Shown here one piece after another: positions 52,234 to 61,600 of a stretch of DNA of 64,000 nt. The notes below the pieces were generated by a model, which was not told the DNA's origin, ran no database searches, and saw nothing but the letters and a program-made list of their open reading frames with translations. The position numbers and the translations under genes are program-made. Source of the DNA: Candidatus Eiseniibacteriota bacterium (GTDB lineage: Bacteria; Eisenbacteria; RBG-16-71-46; JABDJR01); the NCBI GenBank assembly GCA_963728475.1, contig CAVSKL010000004.1:529103-593102 (forward strand). Direction: 5' to 3'. How positions within the stretch are numbered: the stretch's first letter is position 1; each line of letters begins with the position of its first letter.

Positions 52234-55035
52234 ATGCCCGAACCCCGCCCTCCCGGCGCCTTCACCGAAGGCCGCATCGAGATCCGGAACGCCCGCCAGA
52301 ACAACCTGAAGGGGGTGGACGTCTCCATTCCCCGCCGCCGGATGACCGTGGTCACCGGGTTGAGCGGATCGGGCAAGTCGTCGCTGGCCATGGACACTCT
52401 CTACGCCGAGGGGCAGCGCCGCTACCTGGAGGGGGTCTCCGCCCACGCCCGCCGGTTCCTGGAGCGGTTGCCGCGCCCCGAGGTGGACGTGGTGGAGGGG
52501 ATCTCCCCGGCGGTGTCGCTGGAACAACGGGCCTCCGCCCGGAGCGCGCGGTCCACCGTCGGCACCGGCACCGAGATTTACGACTACCTCCGGCTCCTGT
52601 TCGCCCGGGTCGGACGGATTTATTGCGACCGCTGCGGGGGAGAGGTGCCCCGCTGGACGGTGGATTCGGTGGCGGCGGCGTGGACTGGAAGCGGCGGCCG
52701 CCGGCTCCTGGTGAGCTTCCCCCACCCGGTGCCGGCCGACGCCGGGGCCTCGCGGCGGGGGTTGGCGGGCCGGGGCTACCTGCGGGCGGTCTCCGGCGGA
52801 AACGTGGTGGACCTGGCCCGGATCCCGGACGGGATCGCGGAGTGGGACGTGCTCCAGGACCGGGTGCGGGAGGGGCGCCGGGGGCGGCTGGTGGAGGCGT
52901 TGGAGGCGGCGTTCCGCGAGGGCGGGGGGCGCGCGGCGGTCTGGCCCGAGGACGCCCCGCCGGTGCGTTATCGCGAAGGCCGGGTGTGCGCGACCTGCGA
53001 CATGGCTTATCCGGAGCCCGATCCGCTTCACTTCTCGTTCAACAGCCCGGCGGGAGCGTGCTCCCGGTGCCAGGGTTTCGGCTACACCCTGGACCTGGAC
53101 CCGGAACGGATCGTGCCCGATCCGGGACTCACCCTGGACGGTGGCGCCATCCTGCCCTGGGCCGGCCGCTGGCGCGGCTGGTTCCGGAAGAAGCGCGAGG
53201 CCTCTGCCCGGGCCCGCGCGATTCCCGGGGACGTGCCGTGGCGCGACCTTCCTCAGGCCGATCGGGACCTGCTTCTGCACGGCGACAAGAGCTTTCCCGG
53301 AGTCCTCCGCTTCCTGGATCGTCTTTCCTCCAAGGCCTACAAGGCCGGAGCCCGCTTCCTGGTCAAGCGGTACCAGAGCCCGCGTCTCTGCGAGGAGTGC
53401 GGGGGGGCGCGGCTCCGTCTCGAGGGGCGCCGGGTCCGGCTGGGCGGAGCGTCGCTCCCGGAGTGGTGCGCGGAACCGGTGGCGCGGCTGCGGCCGCGGC
53501 TGGCCGGGCTCGACCTCACCGAGCGCGAGCGCGACACCGCCCGCTCGGTGGCCGAGGACGCGGCCCACCGGCTGGAAGTGCTGGAGCGGGTCGGGCTCGG
53601 ATATCTGAGCCTCGACCGGCTGTCCCGGACCCTCTCGGGGGGCGAGGCCCAGCGTATCGAACTGGCCCAGGCCCTGGGAGCGCGCCTGGTAGACGCCCTC
53701 TACGTGCTCGACGAACCCACGGTGGGCCTCCATCCCCGGGACACCGGCCGGCTCCTGGACGTCCTGCGCGACCTCACCCGGCACGGGAACACGGTGGTGG
53801 TGGTGGAGCACGACCTGGAGGTGATGCGGGCGTCGGACTGGATGGTCGACATGGGGCCGGGCGCGGGGCGGGACGGCGGCTCCGTCCTCTACTGCGGCCC
53901 CGCCTCCGGACGCGCCGGCGGCGCCCCGTCGGCCACGGTGGATCTGTTGACCGGCGGCCTCCGGCGTCCCCGGGCGCCGCGCACCGCGTCCCGGGGCCGG
54001 CTCCGGCTCTCGGGGGCGGGGCTTCACAACCTGAAGAACGTCAGCGTGGACTTCCCATGGGGGGTCCTGGCCGGGGTGTGCGGGGTGAGCGGCTCGGGCA
54101 AGAGCAGCCTGGTCGCCGACACCCTGGTGCCGCTGCTCCAGGCGGCGGGCTCGGGCGAAGGGATTGGGCGCGGCCGGCGGAAGCTGGAGGCGGTCCGGGA
54201 GGGGCTGGGGCGGCTGGTGGTCGACGCCCCCTTCACCGGGTTCCAGGTGGTGGACCAGACCCCGCTTCCGCGCTCGGCGCGCTCCATTCCCGCAAGCTAC
54301 ATCGGAGCCTGGAACGGCATCCGCGCGGTGTTCGCCGCCCTGCCGGAGTCCCGGCGCCGGGGATTCACTCCCGGCACTTTCTCGTTCAACGTGGCCGGCG
54401 GCCGTTGTGAGGTCTGCCGGGGCGAGGGCGAGGTCACGGTGGACATGGACTTCATGCCGGACGTCCGGCTTCCCTGCGAGGCCTGCGGCGGGACGCGGTT
54501 CGGTTCCGAGGCGCGGCGCCCCAGCTATCGAGGGGCCACCATCGTGGACGTGCTGAACCTCACCGTGGACCAGGCGCTGGCGGCGTTCGCGGCGGTTCCG
54601 GCGGTGGCGCGCCGGCTATGGTGGATGAAGCGGGTCGGCCTCGGCTACCTTGCCCTCGGGCAACCGGCGGCCTCGCTCTCGGGGGGCGAGGCCCAGAGGC
54701 TCAAGCTCACCCGCCGCCTCGCCGCCGGCGACACCGATACCCTGGTGGTGCTGGACGAGCCCACCGTGGGCCTCCACGGAGCGGAGGTGGACCGGCTCAT
54801 CGACCTTCTCCGCGACATGGTGAAGGTGGGGAACACGGTGCTGGTGATCGAGCATCACACCGAGGTCCTGGCCGCCTGCGACTGGCTGGTGGAGCTGGGG
54901 CCGGACGGGGGCGACGGAGGGGGGCGGGTGGTGGCGTCGGGAACCCCCGAGGACCTGGCCGCGAACCGCGAGTCCGCCATGGGGCCCTATCTCGCGCCGA
55001 TCCTCGACGCGCAATCGACGGAGGCGGCGTCATGA
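52234..55035 (+). CDS. uvrA: excinuclease ABC subunit A (UvrA or divergent UvrA-like paralogue)
   Basis: 933 aa. Two ABC modules (Walker A GLSGSGKSSLA and GVSGSGKSSLV; signature LSGGEAQR twice). Zinc modules CDRCGG, CATCD...CSRCQGFG and CEVCRGEG...CEACGG. Confidence 0.8.
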   Translation: MPEPRPPGAFTEGRIEIRNARQNNLKGVDVSIPRRRMTVVTGLSGSGKSSLAMDTLYAEGQRRYLEGVSAHARRFLERLPRPEVDVVEGISPAVSLEQRASARSARSTVGTGTEIYDYLRLLFARVGRIYCDRCGGEVPRWTVDSVAAAWTGSGGRRLLVSFPHPVPADAGASRRGLAGRGYLRAVSGGNVVDLARIPDGIAEWDVLQDRVREGRRGRLVEALEAAFREGGGRAAVWPEDAPPVRYREGRVCATCDMAYPEPDPLHFSFNSPAGACSRCQGFGYTLDLDPERIVPDPGLTLDGGAILPWAGRWRGWFRKKREASARARAIPGDVPWRDLPQADRDLLLHGDKSFPGVLRFLDRLSSKAYKAGARFLVKRYQSPRLCEECGGARLRLEGRRVRLGGASLPEWCAEPVARLRPRLAGLDLTERERDTARSVAEDAAHRLEVLERVGLGYLSLDRLSRTLSGGEAQRIELAQALGARLVDALYVLDEPTVGLHPRDTGRLLDVLRDLTRHGNTVVVVEHDLEVMRASDWMVDMGPGAGRDGGSVLYCGPASGRAGGAPSATVDLLTGGLRRPRAPRTASRGRLRLSGAGLHNLKNVSVDFPWGVLAGVCGVSGSGKSSLVADTLVPLLQAAGSGEGIGRGRRKLEAVREGLGRLVVDAPFTGFQVVDQTPLPRSARSIPASYIGAWNGIRAVFAALPESRRRGFTPGTFSFNVAGGRCEVCRGEGEVTVDMDFMPDVRLPCEACGGTRFGSEARRPSYRGATIVDVLNLTVDQALAAFAAVPAVARRLWWMKRVGLGYLALGQPAASLSGGEAQRLKLTRRLAAGDTDTLVVLDEPTVGLHGAEVDRLIDLLRDMVKVGNTVLVIEHHTEVLAACDWLVELGPDGGDGGGRVVASGTPEDLAANRESAMGPYLAPILDAQSTEAAS

Positions 55036-56417
55036 GCTTCGAGCTGTTTTCCCGGCCGGGGCCGGAGGGGGAAGGGAGCGGCCCGGGGCGTTCCGCCCCC
55101 CTGGCCGAGCGGCTGCGGCCCAAGAGCCTGGAGGAGGTGGCGGGGCAGGAGCATCTCACCGCTCCCGACCGGTTGCTGGGACGGATCGCCGCCGGCGCGT
55201 CGTTCCCTTCGCTCATCTTCTGGGGACCTCCGGGGACCGGCAAGACCACCCTCGCCCGTATCCTGGCCCAGGGCCGCGGCGCCCACTTCGTCGGGCTTTC
55301 CGCGGTCTCGGCCGGGGTGAAGGAGATCCGGGCCGCGGTGGAGGAGGCGCGCCGCGCCCGCAAGGCGGGCCGGGGCACCGTCCTCTTCCTGGACGAGATC
55401 CACCGCTTCAACAAGGCCCAGCAGGACGCACTCCTTCCCCACGTGGAGTCGGGGCTCCTGATCCTGCTCGGCGCCACCACCGAGAACCCCTCGTTCGAGG
55501 TGAACTCCGCGCTTCTCAGTCGCTGCCGGGTGGTGACCCTCCGGGCGCTGGACGAGGCGGCGCTGGGCGCGCTCCTGGAGCGGGCGCTGGCCGACGCCGA
55601 GCGGGGGCTGGGGGGGCGCGGGCTCCGCCTGGGCGAGGGGACCTCCGCCGCCCTGGTCCGAGGCGCCGACGGCGACGCGCGCAGGCTCCTGAACACGATC
55701 GAGGTGGCGGCCGACCTGGCCTCGGTCGGGGACGGGGACGCCCCGGAGATCACGCTGGACCACGTCCGGGAAGCCCTGCAATCGGCGGCGCTCCGCTACG
55801 ACCGGGCGGGGGAGGAGCACTACAACCTGATCTCGGCGCTCCACAAGAGCGTGCGGGCGAGCGACCCCCAGGGCGCGGTGTACTGGACCGAGCGCATGCT
55901 GGCGGCGGGGGAGGATCCGCTCTACGTGGCCCGGCGCCTGGTGCGGATGGCGGTGGAGGACGTGGGGCTCGCCGATCCCCGGGCGCTCTCCCACACCGTG
56001 GCCGCGCAGCAGGCGGTGCACTTCCTGGGGCTTCCGGAGGGCGCCGCCGCCCTGGCCCAGGCCGCGGTGTACCTGGCGCTGGCCCCCAAGAGCAACCGGA
56101 TCTACCTGGCCGAGCTGGCCGCGCGGGAGACGATCGGGCGCACCGGTTCGCTCCCGGTCCCGATGGCGTTCCGGAACGCGCCCACCTCGCTCATGAAGAA
56201 CCTGGGCTACGGCCAGGGCTACCGGTACGACCACGATACCGAGGAGGGGGTGTCGGGCCAGGAGGGGCTCCCCGAGGAACTCGCCGGGACCGAGTTCTAC
56301 CGCCCCACCGACCGGGGAATGGAGAAGGACCTGGCCGAGCGGATGCGGCGGCTGGAGGAGCTGCGCCGGCGGCGCCGGGCGGAGAAGGTCCCGCCACCCG
56401 GGGACGCCGGCTCCTGA
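55032..56417 (+). CDS. rarA: replication-associated recombination protein A (AAA+ ATPase)
   Basis: The ATG at 55032 overlaps the uvrA stop (ATGA). Motifs GPPGTGKTTLARILA, FLDEIHRFNKAQQDALLP and the MgsA_C segment YDRAGEEHYNLISALHKSVRASDPQGAVYW. Confidence 0.9.
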   Translation: MSFELFSRPGPEGEGSGPGRSAPLAERLRPKSLEEVAGQEHLTAPDRLLGRIAAGASFPSLIFWGPPGTGKTTLARILAQGRGAHFVGLSAVSAGVKEIRAAVEEARRARKAGRGTVLFLDEIHRFNKAQQDALLPHVESGLLILLGATTENPSFEVNSALLSRCRVVTLRALDEAALGALLERALADAERGLGGRGLRLGEGTSAALVRGADGDARRLLNTIEVAADLASVGDGDAPEITLDHVREALQSAALRYDRAGEEHYNLISALHKSVRASDPQGAVYWTERMLAAGEDPLYVARRLVRMAVEDVGLADPRALSHTVAAQQAVHFLGLPEGAAALAQAAVYLALAPKSNRIYLAELAARETIGRTGSLPVPMAFRNAPTSLMKNLGYGQGYRYDHDTEEGVSGQEGLPEELAGTEFYRPTDRGMEKDLAERMRRLEELRRRRRAEKVPPPGDAGS

Positions 56418-56522
56418 ACCCCCGGCCGCGGCGCCTCCGGCCGGCCGGCCGTCGGACCGCCGTCCCCCCGCCCCGGGGTCGCCGCCTTCCCGGGGGGCCG
56501 GCTCCCCCCGAAACCGGTCCCC

Positions 56523-56558
56523 AAAAAAAGAGACCGGCCCGCGCGGCGGGCCGGTCTC
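56523..56558 (-). terminator. rho-independent terminator for the minus-strand gene 56582-57202
   Basis: Perfect 13-bp stem GAGACCGGCCCGC / GCGGGCCGGTCTC (56530-56558) with a 3-nt loop. On the minus strand it is followed by a T7 run (plus-strand A7 at 56523-56529). It sits between convergent genes. Confidence 0.65.
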
Positions 56559-56581
56559 GCAGGTCGGTCGCAGAGCGAAGA

Positions 56582-57202
56582 CTACTGGGCGGTGCAGGCG
56601 GATCCGGACTTGATGGCGGCGGCGAGCACCACCGCGTCGTCGAGAGCCACCACGCCGTCCGAGGTCACGTCGGAGCAGAAGTCCGCGCCGCCGCCCTTGA
56701 TCGCGGTGGCGTGACGGGCGCCGTCGGAGAGGCCGACCACGCAGCTGCCCTGGGGGTCCCAGCCCTGGGTGGGCAGGAGGCCGCCGGCGTCCACGGCGTC
56801 GGGGCTCACCGCGCCCACTTCACTCAGCTTGATCCCGTTGGCGAACACTTCCACCGCGGGCGGGGAGGAGACCAGCGAGGGGTCCACGCAGCCGCCGGCC
56901 GCGATAAAGAAGTGAGCCTGCCCGTTGATGTCGGTGGTCGCGGTGACCATGGGGTGAGTCTGGCCCAGGCACCAGCAGATCAGGGTGTCCGATTCGCTGG
57001 AGAAGACGATCTGGACGGTGGCGCTGTCGATCGGGCCCGAGGACCCGTTGACGGTCACCGTGTATTCCAGGGTCCCACCCGGGGAGTAGAGCACGTTGGG
57101 AACAACGCTCAGGTTCGGGTCGGGAATGCCCGCATATGCGGCGCTGGCCGCCACGGCCCCCACGGCGAGCGCGGCGATAAGAAGACGGAATCTGCGACCC
57201 AT
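56582..57202 (-). CDS. exported hypothetical protein with dockerin-like C-terminal segment
   Basis: Signal peptide MGRRFRLLIAALAVGAVAASAAYA, an AGGAGG RBS, and the C-terminal segment DVTSDGVVALDDAVVLAAAIKSG, which resembles a single dockerin/EF-hand-like repeat. Confidence 0.6.
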   Translation of the reverse strand: MGRRFRLLIAALAVGAVAASAAYAGIPDPNLSVVPNVLYSPGGTLEYTVTVNGSSGPIDSATVQIVFSSESDTLICWCLGQTHPMVTATTDINGQAHFFIAAGGCVDPSLVSSPPAVEVFANGIKLSEVGAVSPDAVDAGGLLPTQGWDPQGSCVVGLSDGARHATAIKGGGADFCSDVTSDGVVALDDAVVLAAAIKSGSACTAQ

Positions 57203-57433
57203 CGATGCACCTCCTGCTTTCAGTCGAAGTCGAGTTGAGAAAAAGACAGCTCCACCCTTGCCGTTGCTCGAGTCGGATCACCGAAAATAGTAACCCCCGG
57301 GGCGGAGGGGAATCAACAGTTTCTTAACATTCGTCACAAGTGCTTGACTTATAACCGGTTGTCGAACAGGCCGGCCGGAGTGGACCGGTCCCACCCGCCG
57401 GGGCAACGGGATCCGCCCGCCCGCCGGCGCGGG

Positions 57434-58294
57434 TCACTGCTTGAGATCCTCGGTCGGGCGCGCCGGCTTGGGCTTGTCCTTGAGCTTCTGGCGGTCGGCG
57501 GCCTTGTTGAGCCGGGAAGCGAGGACCTGGGGAAACGCCACCACGTCCGGCGCGTAGCAGATGTTGCACTTGATATAGTAGAGGGTGGCGATCGAGCCGT
57601 CCGGCTCGATTTTGTTCTTCATATCGGTCACGCGGTAGCTCCCGCCGTCCTGGGGACAGCGCATGCGCAGGATGACCGAGGTTTGCCGGAAACCGTCCGC
57701 CTTCGCCGCCATGATGAGATCGTCGTGCGAGCGGCGGTAGACGGTGGTTCCGTGAAGGATGAGCCGGAGCGCCAGCTTGTCCGCAGAGCCGGGGGAGAGC
57801 CCGGGATCGCCCCGGGCGCTGTCCGCCCCCGCCACCGCGTCCCCGGCCGCGCCCAGCACCATGAACGCCACCGGCTTGTCCCCCAGCTCCGGCATCGGTC
57901 CCAGCCGTTTCTGGAAGAGGATCGCCTCCTGCTCCGGCGGGAGCGTGCTGTCGGCGGCCACCGCGGCGGCCGCGATCCGGTTCACGGCGTCCACCACCGC
58001 GCCGTCGTATCGATCCTGGGTCTCGATTCCGTCGAGCTGGGTCAGGGGGAGCGTCTTCCCCAGCTCCCGGAGCGCGGCGTCGCGCCGGGCCAGGAGCCCC
58101 CGGATCACCTCCACCGCGCCTTCCGGACTCTGGGCCTTGGGCATCCCCCCGGCGGCCATGGCCTCGATCGCCGCCTCCTGGCTCCGGAGAAAGGTGGAGT
58201 CGGGTTCGGCGAACCGGGCCCAGACCGGGGTGGCGGGCACGCCGGCGAGGATCCATGCGAGGACACCGGCGATGGCGACGCGGCTGGTCTGCAT
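57434..58294 (-). CDS. exported hypothetical protein
   Basis: 286 aa with signal-like N-terminus MQTSRVAIAGVLAWILAGVPATPVWA. I recognised no family motif. The C-terminal tail is Lys-rich. Confidence 0.5.
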   Translation of the reverse strand: MQTSRVAIAGVLAWILAGVPATPVWARFAEPDSTFLRSQEAAIEAMAAGGMPKAQSPEGAVEVIRGLLARRDAALRELGKTLPLTQLDGIETQDRYDGAVVDAVNRIAAAAVAADSTLPPEQEAILFQKRLGPMPELGDKPVAFMVLGAAGDAVAGADSARGDPGLSPGSADKLALRLILHGTTVYRRSHDDLIMAAKADGFRQTSVILRMRCPQDGGSYRVTDMKNKIEPDGSIATLYYIKCNICYAPDVVAFPQVLASRLNKAADRQKLKDKPKPARPTEDLKQ

Positions 58295-58600
58295 GTCGTG
58301 GTTTCTCCTGCCCGGGGGATCGTCCCGATCCGCCCCGGAATTGCGGGCCAGAATCGTAGCATCCGCGCCGGCTTCCGGTCAAAAGCGCCGGAGACGCTTT
58401 GACGCGCGCAATCCATCCTGGTAGAATAATCTACTCGAATCGGCCGCCGGGATTCCCCGCCGCTCCGACCTCGCTTCCCGGCCCGTGCCGGCGGACGGGG
58501 GGGACCGGGTCCCCGGCATCCGCCTCCGGTCCCGGGTTCGGCCTCCGTTCACGCATCCAGGTCGCCTGCACGCTCAGCACAACTGCTAGGAGCCGCCCAT

Positions 58601-61600
58601 ATGCGCCCTTCCCCCAGGGTGATGGTGATCGGCCTTGTGGCCTCTATGGCACTCGCCGCGACGCCCCGGACGCCGCGGGCAGGGTTCGAGACATCACGAC
58701 TTTCCCGCCGGTACGATCCCTCCCGGATCACCTTGACCTCCACCGCTGAAGGCTTTCATGCGAGGTGGCCCGGCCTCACCCCCCTCGCCGACCCCGGGCG
58801 GCCCGCCCTCCCGGTGGACCGGGTGACGGTGCGTCCCCCGGAGGGCATGCGGCTGGCCGCGGTTCACGCGGTGCTGGGGGACGTGCGGACCCTGTCCGCT
58901 CCCGGCGTTCCCGCGCGGTACGAGCCGGAAGGGAGCCCGGTCCCCGACGTTCCCACCGGCGCCGTGTTTCCCGCCGAGGCGGCGGAACTCGCCGGCGGGG
59001 GCTATCTCCGCGGCCGCCGGCTGGACACGGTGGAGATCCATCCCCTCCGCTGGCGGAACGGAGTCCTGGAAGCGGCGGCAGAGGTGGAACTGGAACTCAC
59101 CTACGAGGCCGACACCGATCCCGGCCGGCTTCGCCCCCGCCCGGGAACCTGGGAATCCCGCGACCCCTTCGAGGCCGCCGCCCGCGAGGCGGCCGTCAAC
59201 GGCGGCGCTCCGGACTTCCCCCGCCTCCGGCCGCTGGTGAACGGCGCCGAGCCGTTCTCGCCCCGGTTCCTCCCCTCGGACGACGGTTCGCCCGTCCGCT
59301 ACCTCATCATCACCACCGACGAACTCGCCCCCGATTTCCAGGTTCTGGCCGACTGGAAGACCGCGTTGGGATCGCCGGCGGTGGTGCGGACTCTGTCGTG
59401 GATCTACGCCAACTATCCGCGCGGGGTGGACCACGCCGAGGACCTGCGCAACTTCATCCGTGAGGCGGTGCAGCACTGGGGGGTGGAGTACGTGCTGCTG
59501 GGCGGCGACACCGAGGTCCTGCCGTTCCGCTACGGCAAGTCGTATTTCCACGGCGGTGAGTTCATCCCCACCGACCTCTACTTCATGTGCCTGGACGGGA
59601 CCTGGAACTCCAACGGCAACGATCTCTTCGGCGAGGGCTACCTCAATTCCTCCATTCCCGGCGACGGGGCCGACCTCTATCCGGACGTCTGGCTGGGACG
59701 GGCGCCGGTTCGCAATCCCTCCGAGGCCTCGGTCTTCGTGCGCAAGGTCAAGGATTACGAGACCCAGGCCCCGCTCGGCCCGAACTTCGGCGAGACCAAC
59801 CTGGTCCTGGGCGAGGTCTTCTTTCCCCAGAACTGGAGCGCGGGGGACACCGTGATCTTCGACGGAGCCTGGGTGGCCGAGACCGGCATCAGCCACATGG
59901 CCGGAGTCTCCGAGTACAAGATGTACGAGAACTACACCGCGTATCCGGGAGCGAGTCCCGAGTACAAGACCCAGGTGATCTCGCGAATCAACTCGGGCTA
60001 CAACCTCATCCTCCACGTGGGCCACGGCTACCGGAACACCATGTCCCTGGGGATCGACAGCGGCACCCTCGACAACTCCGACGCCGACCAGTTCGTGAAC
60101 GGCGTCCGCGCGGGCATGATCTACGCCATCAACTGCACGTCGTCGTCGTTCGACTTCGACTGCATCGCGGAGCATCTCCTTCGCAACCCCGACGGGGGGG
60201 TGGTGGCCTCCGAGGGCTCCAGCCGGCTCGACTTTCCCGCCACCGGTTGGGACTACCAGGACGAGTTCTTTCACCAGGTCTACGAGGCCGGGGTCACGCG
60301 GATGGGCCAGGCGGTGGCGCTGCAGAAGCTCCCGTTCATCCCGAACTCGGGCAAGGACAGCGAGCATCGCTGGACCCAGTTCAGCCTGAACTACATGGGC
60401 GACCCGGACCTGGATCTCTACACCGGTCCGGTGGACACGCTCCACTACGTGCTCAACCCGCCGCTCGAGCTGGGGGTCTCCTCCTACACCGTGACCGTGA
60501 CCGATTCGCAGGGGCCGGTGGCGGGGGCCACCGTCTGCCTGAACAAGGCGGGCGACTCCTACGGGACCGCGCTGACCGACGTCTCCGGGATCGCGGCGGT
60601 GGACTTCCGGCCCGATCTCCCGGGGACGGCCAGCCTGGGCCTTCGCGCCCACGATCACCGGTCGCGGGTGGACTCGCTGGGGGTGGCGGCGCCGGCCGGC
60701 CCGCACCTCTTCGCGGACAGCCTGGCGGTGGACGACGCCGCCGGCGGCGACGGCGACGGGGAACTGGCCGCGGGCGAGACGGCCTACCTCTATCCCCGGA
60801 TCTCCAACCAGGGCTCGACCGCGGTCACCGGGGTCACCGTCACCGTGACCGGCGCTCCGGCGGGAGTCACCGTGCTCGATTCCACCGCCTCCTGCGGGCC
60901 GGTGGCGCCCGGGGCCTCGGTCCCCTGCGCCGACCCGATCCGGATCGCCCTCGACAGCTCTCTCCCCGACGAGAGCGCGCTCGGGTTTACCCTTCACCTC
61001 ACCGCCGGCGCCTACGCGGTGGACGATCCGCTGGTGCTCTACTCGGGGGCGCCGGGACTCAAGATCGCGGCGACCGCGGTGCGGGACACGGTGGGGAACG
61101 GGAACGGCAACGGGACCATCGAGGCCAACGAGGACCAGCACCTCCGGGTCTACGTGCGGAATCTGGGCCTGGGGGCGTCCATCGGGCTGACCGGAGCGCT
61201 CACCAGCTCCGACCCCGCGGTCCAGGTGACCGACGGCGCCTCGGGCTACGGCGACGTGGAGCCGGACTCCACCTCCGGCGGCGACGGCTTCGGGTTCCGG
61301 TTCACGGACTCCAGCCTCGCCCACACTTTCCAGTTCACCCTCTCCGACCAGCGGGGAACGGTGCTGAGCCGGGTGCTCGACCTGGTGGCGCCGGGGGCGC
61401 CCACCGGGCTCACCGCCCAGGGGGGAGCCACCGACGTCCAGCTTCGGTGGACCCCGGTAACCGGGGCCGATCTGAGCGGCTACAACGTCTACCGGGGGGC
61501 GGCCCCGGCCGGGCCGTTCGTCCGGGTGAACGCCGTCCCCACCGGAAAGGTCTCCTACTACCGGGACGAAGACCTGGCCCAGCTCACCCGCTACTACTAC

